Source: a phage. From it: a DNA stretch of 64,000 bases. Positions 36,914 to 45,857 of this stretch are shown here, in pieces (the first letter of the stretch is position 1; every line of letters begins with the position of its first letter). The notes beneath the pieces are model-generated. The model searched no databases. It saw only the letters and a list, made by a program, of their open reading frames with translations, and was not told the origin of the DNA. The position numbers and the translations under genes are program-made. Location of the stretch: the sequence record PZ496581.1. One strand, written 5' to 3'.

Positions 36914-37482
36914 TACCAGCCTTCCATAGGGAATTCCAGATAAACTTGAGCGTTGACACGAATTTCATTGGTAATCTTTTTAACTCGGTCTGTATTACGA
37001 GATACACGTCCGAACCAACGCCATCCATTACTAATTGCACGAGAACCAGTGTGCCATGTTTGCCAATCAAACTGAAGAAGAGTACGGTCCGGAGCTTCCC
37101 ATTTCTCTAGTTCACCTTTTTCAATTTTTTCGAGGACTTCTTTGTGCCACTGACGATAGATAAGTTCGCCATCAGAAGTTTTAACATCTACAACCCAATC
37201 GCCATCTTTCTCTTCAACCTGTGGTTTATCCCAAGAAATACTAATATATGATTCACTGTCAATAGAAGTCGCCGGGTTTTTCTTTACTGTAAGACCTTCA
37301 CTTTCCAGCCATTCAATAGTATTTGCGCATAACTCAGAAGAACACCTCATCGGAAACCGGCAAGATTTTTCACCTTTAGCTGCGGTGTTATACATCTTTT
37401 CTAAAATACGCTTTTGCACGTTTTTAAAAATAGTTTCAGCCGATTCTTCAGATTTTTTATTCAGTTCAGTATAAAGACTCAT
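36913..37482 (-). CDS. hypothetical protein
   Basis: 189-aa ORF; GTTTAC-N17-TACTAT promoter upstream. Confidence 0.55.
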   Translation of the reverse strand: MSLYTELNKKSEESAETIFKNVQKRILEKMYNTAAKGEKSCRFPMRCSSELCANTIEWLESEGLTVKKNPATSIDSESYISISWDKPQVEEKDGDWVVDVKTSDGELIYRQWHKEVLEKIEKGELEKWEAPDRTLLQFDWQTWHTGSRAISNGWRWFGRVSRNTDRVKKITNEIRVNAQVYLEFPMEGW

Positions 37483-37567
37483 AACATTTTCCTCTGTAGT
37501 TGATAAGTCTATAGTATCACATCTAGGGAAGAAGTAAACAACTTTTTTAGTAAGTTATAGACCCCCT

Positions 37568-37589
37568 AATGGGGACCGAAGTCCCCATT
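37568..37589 (-). other. UUCG-tetraloop RNA hairpin
   Basis: AAUGGGGAC-UUCG-GUCCCCAUU directly after the stop of the 37592-38218 gene. Confidence 0.5.
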
Positions 37590-37591
37590 CT

Positions 37592-38218
37592 TTACTTACG
37601 AGTTTTTGCATACTGAGCAGCGTCAGCAGCCAAACGACCTGCTTGTCGAAGTTTTTCTTTAATCTCATCATGAAGTGGTTGAGTATACTTCAAACCTTCG
37701 ATAGTCAAATAAAGACGATAAAGGTCTGGGGTATCAAGGTTGTTGATATGTTGGCCATTACGAAGAATATTGAATTCACGAACGAGTGAAGATGTATCAG
37801 ATTCAATATCACGAACAAGCGAAGATAGTTGTTTATATTTTTTTTCCAGGCTAGAAGTATCAAACTTAAGAGCAGGAGCTTTAGGAGTTGCTTTTACTTC
37901 CGGCTTAGGCTCAGGTTTTGCTATTGCTTTAGGGGACGCAGGTTTAGGAATGGTAGGAGCAGGTTTTACTTTAGGCGAACCCGATTTAGCAGAAACACCA
38001 CCACTAACAATATCTTTGAATGCTTTAGAAGCTCTGTAATATTCTTTTTGGCTGGAAGTGTCGATACCGTACATGGCTTGAACGTTTTTGAAAAACTCTG
38101 TACTAGTTTTTGTACCAGAAATAGCATCGTAAGCAGCTTGCCATTTCTCTTTTGTCATACGTACACCGGCTTCGGTGATTACTTCCGTTTCGGCTAAAAA
38201 TTCATTAAAAGTATACAT
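37592..38218 (-). CDS. internal-protein-like, capsid-targeting N-terminus and Pro/Lys-rich linker
   Basis: 208 aa; MYTFNEFLAE N-terminus; PKVKPAPTIPKPASPKAIAKPEPKPEVKATPKAP low-complexity tract; TATAAATA late motif upstream. Confidence 0.6.
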   Translation of the reverse strand: MYTFNEFLAETEVITEAGVRMTKEKWQAAYDAISGTKTSTEFFKNVQAMYGIDTSSQKEYYRASKAFKDIVSGGVSAKSGSPKVKPAPTIPKPASPKAIAKPEPKPEVKATPKAPALKFDTSSLEKKYKQLSSLVRDIESDTSSLVREFNILRNGQHINNLDTPDLYRLYLTIEGLKYTQPLHDEIKEKLRQAGRLAADAAQYAKTRK

Positions 38219-38262
38219 TGATGGTCCTTAGAAAGTAGGTTTATTGTTTACTATATTTATAC

Positions 38263-38293
38263 AAAAAAGCCCCAACCTTTCGGAAGGGGCTAT
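38263..38293 (-). terminator. intrinsic terminator (duplicate of 27760-27790)
   Basis: same GCCCC...GAAA...GGGGC hairpin plus U tract on minus RNA. Confidence 0.6.
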
Positions 38294-38593
38294 ATACCTT
38301 GTCGGGTTCCCACCTGCTAAGGCAAGTGTTTGTACGAAACGCCGGGATTCGAACCCGGTTATTAAGCAGTTGACGCTACTCAATATTTTTAAAAGGCCAT
38401 ATCTCGACCATATCCGAACGTTCCGTCAAAAACGCTACTCGGCTTACGGCAAAGATATTTCCTCGAATCGATAATTCTGTGCGCCGTTTCTGCTGTGATG
38501 TAAGGGGATATTAACGAATCATAAAGATTTATTAAGACCAGTCCTTACTCAGGGAACATCAGTCCGACGACTTGCCGGTAGCGACCCGGCTTC
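38294..38593 (-). ncRNA. tRNA-like structured RNA region (possible small stable RNA)
   Basis: no ORF; minus-strand CCGGGTTCGAATCCCGG T-arm; GAAACG ~170 nt upstream can pair the 3' CGTTTC; terminator downstream. Confidence 0.35.
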
Positions 38594-38939
38594 TTATTTT
38601 GGCATATCATCAATTTGCTCTCGACGCCGACGCCATAGATTAATCGCTTCATAAACACATTCAGCATTTGGTATATGACGACAATAGTATAGTGATTCGC
38701 GTTTCTGGAACCGATGTTGTAATGGAATTTCGTTTAAAAGGTCTTTACGGTCAAAGTATTCAAAACTAGTTAACCCTGAACGGTTTTTAAGAAACTTCCA
38801 ATGTCCGAATTCATTTTGAAAATAGACATAATCAGCATGCTGATACAGCGAATTAATTAACCTATCGGAAATAACTGTTTCACGTTCGTTAAAATAAAAC
38901 GTTAAGTCATGAACTACCAGATAAATATTGCCCTTTCAT
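38594..38939 (-). CDS. hypothetical protein with apparent 1-nt frameshift after codon 3
   Basis: ATG at 38939 with GAGGA SD reads MKGQYLSGSS-stop; the other frame is open for 114 codons with no in-frame start codon. Confidence 0.4.
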
Positions 38940-39018
38940 ATTTTCCTCACTTGAAGTTGGTGCCTCTAGAAAGATTTGAACTCTCACCATTAACCTTAGA
39001 ATGATTATATGCTATCCA

Positions 39019-39684
39019 TTACACTATAGAGGCAATTAAATTATTTACAATATCTTCTTTATAAACTTCAGCATAATGAAGTTCATATATTTCCCATCCT
39101 AATGATTTTATAATATCATGGCGTTCTTTATAATAAGGGGCCAAAATCTTTTTCTTAGGATTGGAGTAATGTTGATTTCCATTAACTTCAATAATAATCT
39201 TTTTATCTATTAAAGCGATATCCGTGCAATACGCTCGGTTTTTAACCGGTTGGTATTCTTCAATAAATGAAATTCCGTTTTCTATTAATTTAGATTTCAA
39301 AAATTCACAAGGCACAGATTTAAATTTTGTATTTTTCTTCCAAGGATGTTTATCGGGGTTTTCATTCAACCATTTTTTCCGAGCATTAGATATTTTTATT
39401 CTAGATTCCTCAGAGTGTTCTCTACCTAATGAAGCGGCTGACAATTTTTGTCTAGTCTCTTCCGAAATTACTACAGGAACACCAGTCTTTTTAGATACAA
39501 CATACTGGTTTAAATTACCTGAAGCTATACGTGCTTTATTCATTGCTGCAATGGCTGATTTAGAACTTTCTTTATACAATTCCAATTTAGGGTTGGATTT
39601 ACACCATCTAGTGTGGTTAGCCATCCATCCTTTAGGTTTATTAGAAATATCAAATTCCATATTACAATGTTTACAAATGCTCAT
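39019..39684 (-). CDS. homing-endonuclease-like protein (Zn finger + NUMOD3-like repeats + Vsr/DUF559-like nuclease)
   Basis: N-terminal CKHC...HTRWC; ISEETRQKLS / SEESRIKIS repeats; C-terminal DIALIDKKIIIEVNGNQH...GWEIYELHY. Confidence 0.6.
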   Translation of the reverse strand: MSICKHCNMEFDISNKPKGWMANHTRWCKSNPKLELYKESSKSAIAAMNKARIASGNLNQYVVSKKTGVPVVISEETRQKLSAASLGREHSEESRIKISNARKKWLNENPDKHPWKKNTKFKSVPCEFLKSKLIENGISFIEEYQPVKNRAYCTDIALIDKKIIIEVNGNQHYSNPKKKILAPYYKERHDIIKSLGWEIYELHYAEVYKEDIVNNLIASIV

Positions 39685-39757
39685 TACCAATTATCTCCTA
39701 TAAATATAGGAGTATTTATTATTTGGATAGAGCACTTAATTTACTTCGTTTAAATTA

Positions 39758-39829
39758 CTGGCGCACTTGGACTCGAACCAAGATAAAGGAGTTAACAGCT
39801 CCCCGTAATAACCTTTATACGATGCACCA
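39758..39829 (-). tRNA. tRNA-Asn (anticodon GUU), CCA not encoded
   Basis: manual cloverleaf: 7-bp acceptor, GGGAG/CTCCT anticodon stem, loop CUGUUAA, T-arm CTTGG-TTCGAGT-CCAAG. Confidence 0.6.
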
Positions 39830-39835
39830 TTTGTT

Positions 39836-39910
39836 TGGTGACCCTGGCTGGTTTCGATCCAGCTACCTATCAGTTATGAGCTGACAGCTCTCCCATTGAG
39901 CTACAGGGCC
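39836..39910 (-). tRNA. tRNA with CAU anticodon (Met, or Ile if lysidine-modified), CCA encoded
   Basis: manual cloverleaf: GGCCCTG/CAGGGTC acceptor, D-stem GCTC/GAGC, anticodon loop CUCAUAA, 3' ACCA. Confidence 0.65.
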
Positions 39911-39989
39911 TAAATAACTTTCTATTATGAAAGGCACTTTAGAGCACCTTTGGTAATAGAGGGTACGAATTAATAATAACACATAATTC

Positions 39990-40505
39990 TTAAAGCAAAT
40001 CAATCATTTTAACAGTTGGCAAAACGATTTCTTCTTCAATATAAGCAAATTCAACACATTCAACTACACGCAAGAAATCATAATCATAATATTCAGAAGC
40101 ATGGCCAAGAATATCAATGAGACCTTCTGATACCAAATATCCATTCTCACGGAACAGGTCGAATACACGCGATTCGTCTTCTTCAGATTTATTACCAAGG
40201 TCGACTTCAATATCAAAGACCTTTTTAATGAATTCTGGATAAAGCTGGTCTGAGAACAGTCCTTCAACCAAGTATTCATAGATTAAAAGCGAGCAATCAC
40301 TGAATGGTGTATTACCACAGTAACGTTCAGCTTTAGTGCTAGAATGACGACTCTTAAATTTCTTCAAGAGATATTTAAACTGTTGGAGCTCATGCTCTTC
40401 CACACCAAATAATGTTTTGGTTTTATAGTTGTCGCCGTCATTTTCCGAAGTAGTGACATCAATTACGTAACCCTTAGGAATTGTACTGCCTAAACAAATA
40501 TTCAT
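39990..40505 (-). CDS. hypothetical acidic protein
   Basis: 171-aa ORF. Confidence 0.55.
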   Translation of the reverse strand: MNICLGSTIPKGYVIDVTTSENDGDNYKTKTLFGVEEHELQQFKYLLKKFKSRHSSTKAERYCGNTPFSDCSLLIYEYLVEGLFSDQLYPEFIKKVFDIEVDLGNKSEEDESRVFDLFRENGYLVSEGLIDILGHASEYYDYDFLRVVECVEFAYIEEEIVLPTVKMIDLL

Positions 40506-40509
40506 TTAC

Positions 40510-40800
40510 TCACCGTACCATATTAATGTAATTATATTCAATGCAACGTAATTTCAAAGGATTCTTGAAAATATCATATTCAAGAGGGCCTTTTTCTGTT
40601 TCAATAAAGAAATCAAAGTTAACTGTGTTAAATTTATCATCTTCACAGAGTAATTTAACCTGTGAAGATGAACGGTCGATATAAACCTTTTCAACCTCAA
40701 AGTTAGTCAGAATACCGTAGTCATCGACTAGTGCTTTAGCTGCACGTTGATCGCTTTCATATCCATTCTCAATGGACGATACTTTAGCATAAAGAATCAT
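40510..40800 (-). CDS. hypothetical protein
   Basis: 96-aa ORF. Confidence 0.5.
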   Translation of the reverse strand: MILYAKVSSIENGYESDQRAAKALVDDYGILTNFEVEKVYIDRSSSQVKLLCEDDKFNTVNFDFFIETEKGPLEYDIFKNPLKLRCIEYNYINMVR

Positions 40801-41159
40801 GAATGTTCCACCATTTCAAAGGTATGAGCATCAACAATATGATACCAGTCAAAATTTTCTTCTGCGTTTTTATAAATTTCGCGAAGAGCCTCAACAGTTT
40901 TTCCTGTAGCAACAAGGTCGTCAATACCACCAAGAGGATAACAGTCATAACCAGCAAACAGAAGGAAATTAATAGTTTCTGTAGGTTCTGGATGCAGAAC
41001 ACCGTTATCGTCTACCACTTCAAAGAAAGTGTAAGAAGGAGTACAAGTTTTAATCCAAGCCCATGCTTGAGCTGCTGAATCAAATGGTCTGCGTATCAAA
41101 CGACAATCAGGGTCTTTAGAAGGATTTGCTTCAAAATCCGCATATACGTGATATTTCAT
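40797..41159 (-). CDS. hypothetical protein
   Basis: ORF 40797-41177; internal Met MKYHVYADFEANP... is the likelier start. Confidence 0.5.
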   Translation of the reverse strand: MKYHVYADFEANPSKDPDCRLIRRPFDSAAQAWAWIKTCTPSYTFFEVVDDNGVLHPEPTETINFLLFAGYDCYPLGGIDDLVATGKTVEALREIYKNAEENFDWYHIVDAHTFEMVEHS

Positions 41160-41160
41160 T

Positions 41161-41367
41161 TTACTCACCTTTTGCAATTTTATCCATAACGATAGCGATT
41201 AAGCCGATTAGAAATGCTACTACCAATGAGATAGAGTTTTCAGTTGTTGTCAGTAGTCCACAAATGAATCCTACAAACATCGAAAAACTAAAAGCCATTG
41301 AAGCAATTACTACAGCAACATTACGAATCAGTTCAGCGCGTTTCATTTTATTTCTCCATTTACTCAT
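41161..41367 (-). CDS. hypothetical small membrane protein
   Basis: 68 aa with two hydrophobic helices. Confidence 0.5.
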   Translation of the reverse strand: MSKWRNKMKRAELIRNVAVVIASMAFSFSMFVGFICGLLTTTENSISLVVAFLIGLIAIVMDKIAKGE

Positions 41368-41416
41368 TTGTTTTGATAGGACTACTATAACATAGTCCTA
41401 TCAGCATGTAAACTAC
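41368..41416 (-). promoter_or_regulatory. early-promoter/stem-loop cassette (PeSL-like), near-identical to 27243-27298
   Basis: shared TGTTTTGATAGGACTACTATAACATAGTCCTA on plus strand. Confidence 0.45.
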
Positions 41417-41704
41417 TTACAGAAGAGTTTTTGCAATAATTTTAAGCTGAGCTACAGAAATATGCTTAGCTTTAAACAGTGCAGTCTCTTCAGCCGGAGA
41501 GATAACAATAGTAGCGCCATCTTTCTTGGCAGACCATCCATCCCCTAAGTAAACAGTACCTTTTACTTCTTCGCCGTCAACCAGACTAATCATTGGTTTA
41601 CCCTCACGTCCTTTATTTGCTTTAATAACTTCGGAAGTAAGGGTTGCTTCGGTCAGAGTAGAAACGTTAGCAACAGGTGATATAAATTCTTGATAGGTTT
41701 TCAT
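41417..41704 (-). CDS. internal-protein-like (ipI position)
   Basis: MKTYQEFISP N-terminus; promoter with AGGATGAT/ATCATCCT inverted repeat upstream. Confidence 0.6.
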   Translation of the reverse strand: MKTYQEFISPVANVSTLTEATLTSEVIKANKGREGKPMISLVDGEEVKGTVYLGDGWSAKKDGATIVISPAEETALFKAKHISVAQLKIIAKTLL

Positions 41705-41781
41705 TTTATTTCCTTGAGGTTGTTTATTTGATAGGATGATAGTAACACACCATCATCCTTATGTAAACTGGTTTGTGAAAA

Positions 41782-42467
<686 letters not shown>

Positions 42468-42471
42468 TTTA

Positions 42472-43206
42472 TTACCTTAAGATTGTTTCAATTTTAGAAT
42501 AAAGCTCTTCTAAAGAGCCGTCGTTTGTAATAACTAAATCGCCTTCTTCAATAGGCAACCCAGCTTCTGTAATATGTTTATCAGTGGATTCCGTACCAGA
42601 GCGAACCACATGAATAACTGTAGCACCCATCGCTCTAGCGGTTTCCATTTCATGGACTTGGCGTGTATCGGTTACAACATAGTAATCGAAATCACTTCCA
42701 ATATAATCCATATAATTTAATGCAAAAAGTTTAACCCAATACATACGGTCAAATAAATTAACGACAACATCCGTACCGAGGGCTTGCATAAGACGGCGGA
42801 TTGACCATGTGTCGTTGATATTATTTATAGCTTCACGCAGGGCTTCATACGGTTTAATATCTAGATATGAATACCCACCTTCTAATGATGATAATACTTT
42901 AACATTATTAATTGGTAAATATTGACTTTGTAAATAAATTAGCGCTTCTTCCATTAATTCAATAACATCCAACTTATTGATATTTAATGGTGTTTCACGG
43001 TCGTATCCAACACCTTCAAAGTATTCATATTTCAACTCTGTGAATACATCAGGATCTTCAGCATGTTTACGACCCCAGGCTATTGCTAGAGCGTCTTTAA
43101 TCGGATATGCCAATTGGTATTTTACGGATTTAAAGTTTGAATTGATGTAATCAGCAGTAGTGTCTTTACCACTACGTTTGATGCCACTTAAAAAGATTAG
43201 CTCCAT
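42472..43206 (-). CDS. 1: deoxynucleoside monophosphate kinase gp1
   Basis: 244 aa; P-loop GIKRSGKDTTADYI; T4 gp1-like throughout. Confidence 0.93.
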   Translation of the reverse strand: MELIFLSGIKRSGKDTTADYINSNFKSVKYQLAYPIKDALAIAWGRKHAEDPDVFTELKYEYFEGVGYDRETPLNINKLDVIELMEEALIYLQSQYLPINNVKVLSSLEGGYSYLDIKPYEALREAINNINDTWSIRRLMQALGTDVVVNLFDRMYWVKLFALNYMDYIGSDFDYYVVTDTRQVHEMETARAMGATVIHVVRSGTESTDKHITEAGLPIEEGDLVITNDGSLEELYSKIETILR

Positions 43207-43259
43207 AGGTTTTCCTCATATAATTTATGAGTGATTATAACATACGGAGCTAGAAGCGA

Positions 43260-43850
43260 TTAACGCAAGGAAGGGTGTCTAGAAATGGATTTAGATTCGA
43301 CCGCTTGACGCGGTTGTTGAGATACAATGACTTCACCATCCTTTTCTATCGTCATATACGCATAGTGAATAGTTGCTACGCACGTAACGGCAGGGTCAGA
43401 ATCTTCAGTGTAACTAAATTCAATTTCGCTCAGATCGGAAATCCATGGTTTATAGAAATTTGCCGTCAAAACTACTTCAGTCTTATTGTTGTTTAAAATG
43501 TGCAAAGTAACAAACTCAGGACCATCGGAGTGGGCCGTATTATGTCCGGTTATATAGTTATTAGTGCTGAGCATCCATTTATACATGTTCATCCAGGACG
43601 TCATGTCTTCATCAACTATAAATCGTACAACAAAAGGGTCATATTCAAATGTGGTGCCTGCACGCATTGCACGTCCTAACCCCATTGTGCCTGTCACAGT
43701 TTCAACAACAGGAATTCTCACACCTGGCAATGGAGCCGTTTGGGCATTGAGCACAAAACCTGAAGTTCGTGTACTATCCGGGATATCCACAACAAAGTTT
43801 GTTATATTTGTTTGGTTAAAAATCTGTCTCGTTGGACGAGTCATAAGCAC
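43260..43850 (-). CDS. 3: tail tube terminator / sheath stabiliser gp3
   Basis: ...NFVVDIPDSTRTSGFVLNAQTAPLPGVRIPV... matches T4 gp3; exact start uncertain. Confidence 0.88.
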   Translation of the reverse strand: MLMTRPTRQIFNQTNITNFVVDIPDSTRTSGFVLNAQTAPLPGVRIPVVETVTGTMGLGRAMRAGTTFEYDPFVVRFIVDEDMTSWMNMYKWMLSTNNYITGHNTAHSDGPEFVTLHILNNNKTEVVLTANFYKPWISDLSEIEFSYTEDSDPAVTCVATIHYAYMTIEKDGEVIVSQQPRQAVESKSISRHPSLR

Positions 43851-43946
43851 CTCAAAAACGCTTTAATAAAAATGCAGTATAATGGTTTTAGGTCTCTTCC
43901 ATTAATCTGGTTCAACAGAATATCAGAAGAACGGAAGAGAATAGAA

Positions 43947-44768
43947 TTAAGATTTCCAAACAGTATTCGCAGAGAAACGTTTTCCTTTTGACATAAACTG
44001 CTGAGTAGGTAACATGATTATGTTAGCCCAGTCTTTAGGAGCTATTTCTGTTATTGTTCCTCTAATGTGGCCTGGCAGGTATGCTTTAATCATTTTGTCC
44101 GCACCTTGAAATCCTTTCACCTTGCTCCAGTCTATCTTCAACTTTGTGTTATTAGTAATAGTAGTTGTGCTAGCATATTGCTTCAGCAATTCTTCAAGAA
44201 ACTGTTGACGTGCTTTAGGTGGGATATAGTGCAAGTTTAACCCGTACATCAAATTATGTTTACCTAATCCTAAATAAATAATCAAAGGATATCGGTCCCA
44301 ATACGGCAGAGTATCTTTATGTTTAGCATCATACACGTAAGTATAAATTTTGCCTGGCGTAGGCTTGACTACTTTATGACCTTTTACACTTTTCTTAATT
44401 GTTTCAACAAACCACTTAGATGATTTGTTGTTTACTGCTGCGCCTTCATTTCTAATCTTTTCTCGTATTGAACTGCGAAACGAGTTTATCATCAGAAGTT
44501 GACGTTCTTGCTTATTGAGTTTATTTTTAGGTTTAGATTCAAGCATTTCAATTTTCTGTGCAGTCTTAATAGATGATGCATATCTAGACATTGCAGATGT
44601 AAACGACGAGTATTTTATTCCTTTTGATTCTGCAAATGCTTTTGCAGTGATTCCTTTCTCTTTAGCTTTCTTGTATTCTAATCCTATCTCAATCCATTTT
44701 CTTTCATTCATAGACTGAGCAATCTTAGGGGCTTGTACGCCTTCAGATATAATTTGGAATATGCTCAT
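43947..44768 (-). CDS. 2: DNA end protector gp2
   Basis: 273-aa basic ORF in the T4 gene 2 position and of matching size. Confidence 0.8.
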   Translation of the reverse strand: MSIFQIISEGVQAPKIAQSMNERKWIEIGLEYKKAKEKGITAKAFAESKGIKYSSFTSAMSRYASSIKTAQKIEMLESKPKNKLNKQERQLLMINSFRSSIREKIRNEGAAVNNKSSKWFVETIKKSVKGHKVVKPTPGKIYTYVYDAKHKDTLPYWDRYPLIIYLGLGKHNLMYGLNLHYIPPKARQQFLEELLKQYASTTTITNNTKLKIDWSKVKGFQGADKMIKAYLPGHIRGTITEIAPKDWANIIMLPTQQFMSKGKRFSANTVWKS

Positions 44769-44770
44769 AA

Positions 44771-45220
44771 TTACCCCTTGTATCCGAGTTTTCTAAGACC
44801 ATCTTCGGTTAGAACTCGAAATTTTATATTTCTCTTTTCAGCAACAGCTGAGGCAGCTTTCCATTTGTCACAGTTCACAGACCACGTGTAGATTTCATTC
44901 ATATAACGTTTCTTAGCCGCAGTTGTAAGATTCACCGGTTTAATAGGTGGCTGAGTTTCTTTTTTTGGTTTTATTTCTACAAAGAACTCTTGACCTGATG
45001 CATCTTTCATCCATATGTCCATATAGTATCGACGTTTCTTACCTTCAGCATTACAAAAATATGGAATTACTGCCGTTTCACTACCCCATGCAATAATTTC
45101 TGGATTTTTATCCAACCATTCGAAAAAGAATTTTTCCCAGTTTGAACGATACGTTATTTTGGTATGGTCTCCACGGTATTTTTTTAAATTTTTTGGGACC
45201 CATTTACCAGAGTAGGCCAT
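44771..45220 (-). CDS. 4: head completion protein gp4
   Basis: [36 protein letters not shown]... at internal Met with GGAGGA SD; matches T4 gp4. Confidence 0.9.
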   Translation of the reverse strand: MAYSGKWVPKNLKKYRGDHTKITYRSNWEKFFFEWLDKNPEIIAWGSETAVIPYFCNAEGKKRRYYMDIWMKDASGQEFFVEIKPKKETQPPIKPVNLTTAAKKRYMNEIYTWSVNCDKWKAASAVAEKRNIKFRVLTEDGLRKLGYKG

Positions 45221-45231
45221 GTTGTCCTCCT

Positions 45232-45239
45232 TATAAATA
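45232..45239 (+). promoter_or_regulatory. late promoter (TATAAATA) for gene 53
   Basis: exact TATAAATA on plus strand ~43 nt upstream of the gene 53 ATG, in the divergent 4/53 intergenic region. Confidence 0.6.
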
Positions 45240-45281
45240 GTATTATTATTTATACCAATTTCATATTGGAAGGAGACTATC

Positions 45282-45857
45282 TTGTTATTTACATTCTTCG
45301 ACCCGATAGGATATAGTGCTAAAACAGTTAATAAGAACGCACCTACTATTCCTATGACGGACATATTTCGTAATTATAAAGAGTACTTTAAGCGTGTGGC
45401 TGCCAATTATAGATTACGTTCTTATTACATTAAAGGCTCTCCACGTCCTGAAGAACTAGCAAACATAATTTATGGCAACCCTCAATTATACTGGGTCCTT
45501 TTGATGTGTAATGACAACTATGATCCGTATTATGGTTGGATTACATCTCAGGAAGCAGCGTATCAAGCTTCTATTCAGAAATATGCAAATGCCGGCGGAG
45601 ACCAAATTCTTTATCATATTAACGAGAACCGTGAGAAATTTTACAATTTGGTTTCATATCCAGACGAGCCTTTAGTGTGGTACGATAAAGGTGATGAAGC
45701 TCGTAAGTATCCACAATATAAAGGACCTTTAGCTGCAGTAGATACTTATGAAGCGGCAGTATTAGATAATGAAAAACTTCGTAAAATAAAAATTGTTGCA
45801 AAAGAAGATATAAACTCGTTTATTACTGATTTGATTCGTGAGATGGAGATTGCATAA
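45282..45857 (+). CDS. 53: baseplate wedge protein gp53
   Basis: MLFTFFDPIGYSAKTVNKNAPTIPMTDIFRNYK... matches T4 gp53. Confidence 0.95.
   Translation: MLFTFFDPIGYSAKTVNKNAPTIPMTDIFRNYKEYFKRVAANYRLRSYYIKGSPRPEELANIIYGNPQLYWVLLMCNDNYDPYYGWITSQEAAYQASIQKYANAGGDQILYHINENREKFYNLVSYPDEPLVWYDKGDEARKYPQYKGPLAAVDTYEAAVLDNEKLRKIKIVAKEDINSFITDLIREMEIA

Noticed and set aside
3369-38293. Repeated hairpins and promoter cassettes as a possible CRISPR array
   Set aside because: Copies are kilobases apart, irregularly spaced and sit in intergenic promoter or terminator positions; no direct-repeat/spacer periodicity.
38294-38593. Canonical tRNA at the T-arm-containing locus
   Set aside because: No 7-bp acceptor stem or anticodon arm at tRNA spacing could be drawn; only the T-arm and a long-range pairing fit, so it is reported as a tRNA-like structured RNA.
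39685-39720. TATAAATA motif on the plus strand (CTCCTATAAATATAGGAG) upstream of the homing-endonuclease-like gene
   Set aside because: It lies on the strand opposite all neighbouring genes; more likely a chance match or part of a near-palindromic site than a functional late promoter.
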